Shown here: positions 13,924 to 19,830 of the stretch, in pieces
Layout of the letters: every line of letters starts with the position of its first letter
Numbering within the stretch: position 1 is the first letter of the stretch
Assembly: GCA_039798005.1 (NCBI GenBank)
Contig: JBDKGV010000034.1
Coordinates: 1 to 19,830 of the forward strand
Origin: Fibrobacterota bacterium
GTDB taxonomy: Bacteria > Fibrobacterota > Fibrobacteria > UBA5070
Length of the DNA stretch: 19,830 nucleotides
Direction of reading: 5' to 3'
The notes under the pieces: model-generated
Seen by the model: the letters and a program-made list of their open reading frames with translations, nothing else
The model's database searches: none
Told to the model about the DNA's origin: nothing
Made by a program: the position numbers and the translations under genes

Positions 13924-16851
13924 TCAGTGCGTCAGGATGGCGCCGGTTCGGGAGCGGGCGATCACTCCGGATTCCTGCACCAGTCTCACTTCCAGGATCG
14001 CCATGCCCGTGCGGTCGGGAAGGTCGACCCTGAGGGTGCCGACCGATCCGACGGCTTGCGATCCTTTGGACAGGATCTGTCCTGACAGATTGTGGATGGT
14101 CCATTCCAAGGTTGCCGAACCCGCTTGGGATGAAGCGATCTCCCAGCCGTGGCGAAAGGTGCGTACGGCAAGCGTTGATCCTCTTTGAGCCGAGGCGCGG
14201 ATCGAGACCGGCGAAGTCAGGTCCCCCTTGGCGATCTCGTACCAGAGCGAGGTGCCGGGCAGGGTGAACTTCAGGGTGTCTCCGCTCCAGTTCACGGGCA
14301 AGGCGGTGCGACGGTTGCCGGCCGGATCCAGAGGGTAGACGCTCACGGAATCGCGGACTCCGGGGCGGACCCATACCGATCCGGTGACGGGCTCGCAAAG
14401 GGTGGTGTCACCGACTCCTGCCGCTTTGGTGATGGCGGTGAAGTTGGCGTTCCAAACCGTTCCGGGGTTTTCCATGCGGGCGGAGGTGAGCAGAAGTTGC
14501 CTGCGGGTGCGCTCCAAGGGCAGACTGTCGGCGCTCACGAGATGGACCGCGGCGAAGTTGCGGTTGGCGGTGGTCCTGAGTCCCGCAGTTCCAAGGCGCG
14601 AGAGCTTCTGGCTGCCGGCGAGGTAGCCGACAAGGCCTTGCCAGGAGGCGTTGTCGACACGCAGGAGGCCGGTCTTGCGGTTCCAGTCCAGTTCGCCGGT
14701 GTTCGAGATGGCGCGCGTACCCGGGTCGGCGAAACCGGTCGGAGTGCTGGCTGTCGCATTGAAGCTGCCCCACTTGGTGGGCGTCACGAGAGTGGCTCCG
14801 CTGGCGCCTGAGAAGGGTGAGGCATCGCCGCGCCGGGCCGATGAGGACATGTCGGATTCCGTCACGTCCAGGACGATCTCGGAGGTGGCCGGAGTGATGG
14901 CGCCGGATCGGAAGAGGCGCGCCAGGTGCTGCTGGGTGACAAGCAGAGGGTTCATGCCCGAGTTGAAGAACATGCGGTAGGAACTGCCCTTGAACTGGTT
15001 CTCGCTGTCGTAGTAGGCGTGCAGCAAGGCGCCGTCGGCATCCAGGAATCCCAAGTAGCCGTAGTAGAAGGCCGGGGCCTCGCACAGGTACTGGTTGGGC
15101 CAAGGGTGGTTGTACTCGCTGGCGAAGAAGGGCTTGCCTTGGACGCGACTCCACGAGAACGAGGGGATGGTGCCCCAGTTGGGGTCCTTGACCATCGGGG
15201 TGTTCTTCTGCGAGAAGCCGTACTCCGACCAGCCGTTGGAGAAGTTGGGATGGTCCCAGTACCAGTGGGCATCCTGGTAGTCGGCCTTGGCCTGGCTTGC
15301 GATGGAGGGCAGGCCGAACCAGTTGTTGGAGAAGGTCACCGGGACCTTGACGCCGAGGGTGTCCTTGAGGAATCCCGAAAGCGTCTGGCCGTACTTGGCT
15401 TCCAGCGAACTGTAGAAGCGCGATTCATCGGCCGCTCTGGCCTCGTTGATGGAGCCGAGCGAGCTGCGTGACGAGCGTTTGACAGATCGTGTCACAAGGC
15501 TTTCGCTCGCCCGCAGACCTTCGCCGGTCATCTCCCGGAAGGTGGCGGAGTCGATCAGGAGGGTGCCTTCGGAATGGCCGAAGTCCACCTGCACGCGCAG
15601 GTCGCCTTCCCGCAAGGCCGGTGCCGAGAGATAGGCTTCGCACACGCTCCAGCCGGTGTCGACCGTGCAGGTCTTGTCGCCGTACCATGCCCAGGTCTTT
15701 TCCTGCAGGAACTCCGCGCGGACCGTGGTGGGCACGGATCCCTTGACCAGGAACCGGTAGAGGTAGGCCTTGCCGGGCTGGCAGCTCAGGCCGGGAAAGT
15801 TGATGCTGGCGTCGTAGGTGTTCGCGCCTTGGGAGGTCACTTCGACTTGCAGGGCGCTGTCGCTGCTTGCGCCTCCGGAGGCCATGGACACCTTGATCAT
15901 GGCGGACGACGTCGGGTCGAACCAGGACCCCCAGCCGGCAGATCCCGTCTCGAAGGAGGAGTTGTCGATCTGGTTGGCACCGCTTCCGGCGGCTCCCTGC
16001 CAAGCAAGTCCCAAGGCGGTGTCGGAAGGGTATTTCGCTGCGAGCCATCCGTTCCAGAGGCTGTCGAGCTTGCGATGGTAGTAGGGGTGCATTCCGGTGG
16101 CGTTGGTGGTGCTGATGGAATCCCACTGATTGATGGATCCCCACGAAAGCCAGGCCATGAAGAGCTGGTTCTCGTTGGTCAGCTCCCAGCTCGCCACGGC
16201 CGGGTCGTCCTTGTAGGCCAGGTTGGTGAAGGGGTTCACGTGCTGCCCCAGCATCCGCGCCCATTCCTTTTGGATTCCAATCAACGAAGGGTCGAAGATC
16301 GAGACGACCTTGCCCATGTCGTTGGTCACGGGGGCCGGTGCTCCGTCGATGGCGCGGAAGACGCGGGCCGATTGGATGCAGAAGTTGTAGTATATGCCTT
16401 GGTCGCGCAGGCATTTCAGGAACCAGTCCATCTTGCGCATCCGGGCCGGTTCGAAGGCCAAGCCGGTTCCCGTGGAGGGATGCAGGGCGGTTCCCCATTC
16501 GTTGTCCGTGAGGTGGACGCGCAGGAAGTTGGTTCCCAGCTTGCGAAGGCGCGCGGCCATCAGGAGGGCATCGGCACTGTCGGGGTAATTGGAACTGGTG
16601 ACATTGACAAAGCCGCTGAAGCGTACCCGTTTGGGATCCCCTTCGAACCGGAAATGTCCCTCGGGTGTGGTCTTGAGGAAGCCGTACTTTCCGGCGGGGG
16701 CGTCCACGGACCAGGCTTGGTCGGTGACGGTGCGGGCGGTATCGTCCCATGGCATGAGAAACGGGAACCACCCGGTGTGATCGAGGGTGGCCGCTTGGGC
16801 GGCGATCGCGGTTCCCAGCAGCAGGATCCGGGCGAGGGGCGAAGGTTTCAT
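13924..16851 (-). CDS. Secreted multidomain glycoside hydrolase (clan GH-A TIM barrel) with an inserted CBM4/9/22-like module, C-terminal beta-sandwich domains and a T9SS-like sorting domain (~975 aa)
   Basis: Signal peptide MKPSPLARILLLGTAIAAQAATL with its ATG at 16851. The upstream extension to 16986 is rejected. The clan-A acid/base motif is ASWELTNENQ and the candidate nucleophile region is KPFFASEYNHPW. A CBM_4_9-like segment (NSSFETGSAGWGSWF...AYLYRFLVKGS) lies between them. The C-terminus is TIHNLSGQILSKGSQAVGSVGTLRVDLPDRTGMAILEVRLVQESGVIARSRTGAILTH. Confidence 0.8.
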   Translation of the reverse strand: MKPSPLARILLLGTAIAAQAATLDHTGWFPFLMPWDDTARTVTDQAWSVDAPAGKYGFLKTTPEGHFRFEGDPKRVRFSGFVNVTSSNYPDSADALLMAARLRKLGTNFLRVHLTDNEWGTALHPSTGTGLAFEPARMRKMDWFLKCLRDQGIYYNFCIQSARVFRAIDGAPAPVTNDMGKVVSIFDPSLIGIQKEWARMLGQHVNPFTNLAYKDDPAVASWELTNENQLFMAWLSWGSINQWDSISTTNATGMHPYYHRKLDSLWNGWLAAKYPSDTALGLAWQGAAGSGANQIDNSSFETGSAGWGSWFDPTSSAMIKVSMASGGASSDSALQVEVTSQGANTYDASINFPGLSCQPGKAYLYRFLVKGSVPTTVRAEFLQEKTWAWYGDKTCTVDTGWSVCEAYLSAPALREGDLRVQVDFGHSEGTLLIDSATFREMTGEGLRASESLVTRSVKRSSRSSLGSINEARAADESRFYSSLEAKYGQTLSGFLKDTLGVKVPVTFSNNWFGLPSIASQAKADYQDAHWYWDHPNFSNGWSEYGFSQKNTPMVKDPNWGTIPSFSWSRVQGKPFFASEYNHPWPNQYLCEAPAFYYGYLGFLDADGALLHAYYDSENQFKGSSYRMFFNSGMNPLLVTQQHLARLFRSGAITPATSEIVLDVTESDMSSSARRGDASPFSGASGATLVTPTKWGSFNATASTPTGFADPGTRAISNTGELDWNRKTGLLRVDNASWQGLVGYLAGSQKLSRLGTAGLRTTANRNFAAVHLVSADSLPLERTRRQLLLTSARMENPGTVWNANFTAITKAAGVGDTTLCEPVTGSVWVRPGVRDSVSVYPLDPAGNRRTALPVNWSGDTLKFTLPGTSLWYEIAKGDLTSPVSIRASAQRGSTLAVRTFRHGWEIASSQAGSATLEWTIHNLSGQILSKGSQAVGSVGTLRVDLPDRTGMAILEVRLVQESGVIARSRTGAILTH

Positions 16852-16955
16852 AGGGAAGACTCCAAAGGTGACACGGCATGGATTCTGCGCACCGGAACAG
16901 GAATCCGGCGGCATCTCCCCTTGGTATCCATCAGCGGTCTTCCCGGTACCGTGGA

Positions 16956-17016
16956 ACCTGTCAGAATTTGTCGCAATTCCGGTCAAAGCGAAGAATGCGA
17001 CAGTCTTTGGCGAAAA
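16956..17016. promoter_or_regulatory. Cluster of repeat elements in the AraC-GH intergenic region: TGTCAGAATTTGTCGCA, an inverted pair TTGTCGCA/TGCGACAG, GACAGTC, and a second TGTCAG
   Basis: Read directly from the sequence. The 15-mer matches the 8240 palindrome half-sites and spacer (TTGACAGAAATTGTC versus TGTCAGAATTTGTCG). GACAGTC also occurs at 8262-8268. Confidence 0.3.
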
Positions 17017-17019
17017 ATG

Positions 17020-18201
17020 TCAGTCCAAACGGGGTGGCGATCCCCCTTGAGCTTGGCGTTCCCGCCACGATGCGGGCGATTCTCCCGTCTCCGCCTTGAA
17101 AACGCGATGGAAGTGCCCGATGTTGGAGAAGCCGACGGCCAGACCGATTTCGCTGACTTGGCGGTCGGTTTCGCGCAGCAGGCGGCAAGCTTCGGCAATG
17201 CGCAGCGAGGCCACGAACGCGGGGAAGTTCTTGCCGCAGTATTCCTTCAGCAGCTGAGGGATCTTTCGGGCCGACAGCCCACAGCCGCGGGCTGCCTCTT
17301 CGACGAGAATGGAATCGCGATGGTAGTTCTGACCGATCCACGCCAGCAGGGCCTGCAACTCGAGATCGCTGCGATTGGGGAGGGATACCTGCGAGGCGAC
17401 GATTTCGGGAAGCCCAGGCGAGGGGGCTTCCGTTCCGGCTGTTTCCGGATCCGAATCGGGTTCAGTGGGCGCTGGGGTTTCTGCAACGACAGGAGCGATG
17501 CGCGGCTTGCGACGCAGGAACGTGATGCCCGCGGACATGCCAAGAGCCAGGCACGACAGGAGGAGCATCGGCACCCAATGGGTTCCCACAAGGCGGATCG
17601 AGCGGATTTCCAGCGTGTCGTGCAGGGTTGGCTGGGCGCCGGTGGGAATCCGAAGCTCGAAGTTTCGTGCGCGATCCATGCGGATCGATGCGGCATTGGC
17701 TTCGATTCCCGCGACCTGAGGCCACCAGCTGCTGGGCACGAAGGCGCGCAGAGGCAGGCTGGCCTTGGCGAATCCTGAGGTCACGGGGAGGGCGGCATCT
17801 TGGTACATCCCGGGCAAATCGACGCTTTGGCTGGGCAATCCGGGAACCCAAGTGATCAGTTGGAAGCCGATGTTGCGCATGTTGGGCGAGCGCATATCCA
17901 GTTCGACTCGATCATACTCCGTGAGGTCGATGCCGTGGGGGTGGGCGGAATCGGTGAGGCCGAATCCGAATCCGGCAAACGGCGTGAGGTGTCCGGTCTC
18001 AAGGTGCATCGCCACCTGCAAGATGCCGTTGCGTCGGGAAAGCGTCGTCCTGGACTTGCCGCCATGCTCGCCGTCGCTGTATCCGTACGGAGCGGGTCCG
18101 TTGGGGTACAGTTCCCGTTCCGAGCGCAGCAAGGTGGAGCCGATGGCCAAGGCCAGTGAAAGCGGGAGCACCCATGTTGCAATGAGGAAAATTCGATGCA
18201 T
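17020..18201 (-). CDS. Membrane-anchored AraC/XylS-family transcriptional regulator: signal-anchor, ~190-aa periplasmic sensor domain, one TM, Pro/Glu-rich linker, C-terminal HTH_AraC
   Basis: The C-terminus is a canonical AraC HTH (IAEACRLLRETDRQVSEIGLAVGFSNIGHFHRVFKAETGESPASWRE). The TM helix is WVPMLLLSCLALGMSAGITFL, followed by the linker APVVAETPAPTEPDSDPETAGTEAPSPGLP. The N-terminus is MHRIFLIATWVLPLSLALA. It sits directly upstream of the GH gene on the same strand. Confidence 0.8.
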   Translation of the reverse strand: MHRIFLIATWVLPLSLALAIGSTLLRSERELYPNGPAPYGYSDGEHGGKSRTTLSRRNGILQVAMHLETGHLTPFAGFGFGLTDSAHPHGIDLTEYDRVELDMRSPNMRNIGFQLITWVPGLPSQSVDLPGMYQDAALPVTSGFAKASLPLRAFVPSSWWPQVAGIEANAASIRMDRARNFELRIPTGAQPTLHDTLEIRSIRLVGTHWVPMLLLSCLALGMSAGITFLRRKPRIAPVVAETPAPTEPDSDPETAGTEAPSPGLPEIVASQVSLPNRSDLELQALLAWIGQNYHRDSILVEEAARGCGLSARKIPQLLKEYCGKNFPAFVASLRIAEACRLLRETDRQVSEIGLAVGFSNIGHFHRVFKAETGESPASWRERQAQGGSPPRLD

Positions 18202-18340
18202 GAAGGATTTTCAAGTTAGGTTCTGGTGGCCGGGTGAATGGAGATGAGCGTGGGGAGTCCTGCATCGCATGTTTCATTCCCTGGCGTTTGCGGATTGTGC
18301 CTGCGTTTTCCGGGAGAGTCTTGCTTTCTTTGCCGGACCG

Positions 18341-19312
18341 ATGGACGTGCCGATTCAACTTGACCTCAGTTCATGCAAGCGCGCAGCCTTCCGCGTGTTT
18401 CTCATTGCGTGCTGGGCCATGCTCATGGGGACCCGTTCCGCAGGGGCCAGGTCGTTCACTTGGGAGCCGGATTCGGCAGGACGGACCCAGATCGAGCTCT
18501 ATCTGGATCCCTACTACTCGGCGGTGAACTATGCGCGTCCGCTCACGAACGACTCCATCCGCAAGTACGATGCGGACGGGGAGCGCGATCTGTATTGGGA
18601 TCTGCTGTGCGCCTTGCCATTCCCCCATGACGTGTTGATCGAGACTTCCGTGAATCCGGGCCCGTTGATCGGAGTGGGGATCCGGGAATACGTCCCGAGC
18701 TTCTATCGGGGATTTGCGGTGGGCGATGTCAAGCTGGTGCAGGCGGCCACCGAGGATTACCCCGATCCGTGGGCCCTTTCCCTGTTTTTCGGAAATGTGG
18801 CCAAGCTCGCCTCTCCGGCGGATTCGGGCCGTGTTTCCGGAGTGGGATACAGCGGCCTGCTCGCCTCCATCGGCAATCGGCACATCGTAGGCAATCAGAT
18901 GGTGCGCGATCGCTGGCTGGAACTTGAGTTGAAGCTCAAAGGCGAGGACATCCGCATCAGCCGGATCCTGATCTGGAGCTTCCGCACCTCGCTCAAGCTC
19001 CACGGGAACGAAGGCATCCGGAATGCGTGGACGTTCGGGGTGAAGCGCTCGAGGACCGACTTCAAGGAAAGCGGGTGGCTTTTGCTGCGCAACAGCAGCG
19101 CGGAGTTCAGCATCAATGTGGATGAGAAGGAGCTGAGCCTGCTGCGCTACCAGTTCATCGTGGGCAAGAAGTTTCCGATCGCCGGCGGCAAGGTCGCCCT
19201 CACCTGTGATCTTGGCTTCATCCGGCAGGTGTGTGCAGGATACCGCGGCAAGATGGCCGAATACCAACCTGCCGACCTGAAGCTGGTGCTGCGCCCGAAC
19301 ATCGAGTTCTGA
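18341..19312 (+). CDS. Probable outer-membrane beta-barrel protein (hypothetical), ~323 aa
   Basis: Signal peptide (KRAAFRVFLIACWAMLMGTRSAGA). There are many amphipathic beta-strand-like segments: IRISRILIWSFRTSLKL, WLLLRNSSAEFSINV, LSLLRYQFIVGKKF and VALTCDLGFIR. The C-terminus DLKLVLRPNIEF ends in Phe, as in an OMP beta-signal. An alternative start lies at 18269. Confidence 0.55.
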   Translation: MDVPIQLDLSSCKRAAFRVFLIACWAMLMGTRSAGARSFTWEPDSAGRTQIELYLDPYYSAVNYARPLTNDSIRKYDADGERDLYWDLLCALPFPHDVLIETSVNPGPLIGVGIREYVPSFYRGFAVGDVKLVQAATEDYPDPWALSLFFGNVAKLASPADSGRVSGVGYSGLLASIGNRHIVGNQMVRDRWLELELKLKGEDIRISRILIWSFRTSLKLHGNEGIRNAWTFGVKRSRTDFKESGWLLLRNSSAEFSINVDEKELSLLRYQFIVGKKFPIAGGKVALTCDLGFIRQVCAGYRGKMAEYQPADLKLVLRPNIEF

Positions 19313-19351
19313 GCGTACCTTTCGTCCGTTCCGGTTCCTTGGAGGTGCGGT

Positions 19352-19711
19352 GTGAAGAAGGTCCTGCTCGTCGGTCTGTTCGTGGGTGCATCGCTTGTCT
19401 CGGCGCGCTCCCGCGTCGCGGAGGTGCGAGCCCGCTTGAAGCAGGCGACGACTCTTGAAATGGCGTGGGTCCAGGAGATGGATCGCTGCGAGTCCGATCT
19501 GTACAAGATCGGGATGGAAGTCCCGGAAGGCATCCATGTGTCGATCCGGTGCCTTGATGGGGATACCGCATCGAGTCCTCGGGTGCGCTTCGCCGTGCGC
19601 GTGTGCGACGACCAAGGACTGTGCCGCTTTGCCGACGAGGAGTTCAACATCACGGACTTCGCGCGCGAAGGAGTCGTGTTCGAACCGTTCGTGCCAGTGA
19701 AGGGCAGATAG
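19352..19711 (+). CDS. Small secreted protein (119 aa) with a signal peptide and 4 Cys; hypothetical
   Basis: The GTG start is preceded by a GGAGG RBS 6 nt upstream. The signal peptide is MKKVLLVGLFVGASLVSA. Four cysteines (C46, C67, C85, C91) could form two disulfides. The gene lies 39 nt downstream of the OMP-like gene. Confidence 0.5.
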   Translation: MKKVLLVGLFVGASLVSARSRVAEVRARLKQATTLEMAWVQEMDRCESDLYKIGMEVPEGIHVSIRCLDGDTASSPRVRFAVRVCDDQGLCRFADEEFNITDFAREGVVFEPFVPVKGR

Positions 19712-19748
19712 AGGCAAGCCAAGCCCCGACACGTTTCGGCAAAAAGAA

Positions 19749-19774
19749 AGCCCGCCTCCATCGCTGGAGACGGG
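19749..19774 (+). terminator. Terminator-like hairpin after the small secreted-protein gene
   Basis: GCCCGCCTCCA-tcgc-TGGAGACGGGC forms an 11-bp stem with one mismatch. It is followed by CTCTTGCAATTCT and preceded by an A-tract (AAAAGAAA), so it could work bidirectionally. A second hairpin CAGGCGG-N9-CCGCCTG follows at 19796-19818. Confidence 0.4.
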
Positions 19775-19830
19775 CCTCTTGCAATTCTGGGGACCTCAGG
19801 CGGGGACGAGTTCCGCCTGCAGGGTTTCCG

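Noticed and set aside
14068-14082. Perfect palindrome GGACAGGATCTGTCC inside the GH gene, considered as a restriction or regulatory site
   Set aside because: It encodes the conserved CTD peptide G-Q-I-L-S. The paralogous site at 9931 differs only at wobble positions, so it is explained by protein-level conservation.
14408-16879. ORFs 14408..15154 (-), 15425..16879 (-), 14185..14811 (+) and 14926..15471 (+) within the GH locus
   Set aside because: They are off-frame or antisense to the GH reading frame, which carries the GH clan-A, CBM and CTD signatures.
16852-16986. N-terminal extension of the GH ORF (MTGIATNSDRF...)
   Set aside because: The internal Met at 16851 starts a canonical signal peptide with GGAG upstream. 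The extension is hydrophilic with no function, which a secreted protein would not carry.
15574-17778. 734-aa plus-strand ORF
   Set aside because: It is antisense to the glycoside hydrolase and the AraC regulator, both of which have clear family motifs. Its Gly/Arg-rich composition is typical of a spurious ORF in high-GC DNA.
19147-19761. 204-aa minus-strand ORF
   Set aside because: It is antisense to the OMP-like and small secreted protein genes and spans their intergenic region and terminator. Its Ser/Thr/Arg-rich translation has no features.
1-19830. tRNA/rRNA genes, CRISPR arrays, IS elements, integrases, toxin-antitoxin or defence systems
   Set aside because: A scan for T-loop-like GGTTCGAATCC motifs, regularly spaced direct repeats, terminal inverted repeats and transposase or integrase-like ORFs found none. 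Gene content is housekeeping and envelope.

Overview
This is a 19.8 kb chromosomal segment from a high-GC (~65%) Gram-negative bacterium with dense coding and mostly housekeeping or envelope functions. There are no rRNA or tRNA genes, no CRISPR array, no IS or transposon genes, no integrase and no recognisable defence system. In a genome this GC-rich the six-frame track contains many long antisense ORFs; these are rejected wherever the opposite strand carries a recognisable protein family.

Minus-strand genes, in window order:
- a signal-peptidase operon: a small hypothetical gene, then lepB, then an SbsA-Ig/DUF2141 lipoprotein
- maltokinase (GlgE-pathway Mak/Pep2)
- a secreted hypothetical protein with a C-terminal sorting domain
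- a MurC/Mpl-type Mur ligase translationally coupled to hisF
- an SRPBCC/AHSA1-like protein
- a ~975-aa secreted clan GH-A glycoside hydrolase with an internal CBM4/9-like module and a T9SS-like C-terminal domain
- a membrane-anchored AraC-family regulator with a periplasmic sensor domain

Plus-strand genes:
- a small zinc-ribbon membrane protein
- an SPFH/band-7 protein
- an LTA-synthase/sulfatase-family membrane protein
- a ModE-N-terminal-like winged-helix regulator coupled to a NifV/LeuA-like DRE-TIM synthase
- a probable outer-membrane beta-barrel protein and a small Cys-containing secreted protein, followed by a terminator-like hairpin

Most worth a second look:
1. A 15-17 nt AT-rich motif, TTGACA-N5-TGTC, recurs far more often than composition predicts, in intergenic DNA and inside CDSs in different reading frames.
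2. The promoter regions of the ModE-like/NifV-like pair and of the glycoside hydrolase share cis-elements, including a perfect TTGACA-N5-TGTCAA palindrome.
3. A membrane AraC sensor, a GH/CBM/CTD enzyme and an OMP sit next to each other and look like a polysaccharide-utilisation-like module.
4. The ModE-like/NifV-like pair carries a non-canonical active-site motif, DTTLREGLQ.
5. An orphan hisF overlaps the Mur ligase start (ATGA).
6. The two secreted proteins share a C-terminal sorting-domain motif, SGQILSK, which points to FCB-group/T9SS-like secretion.
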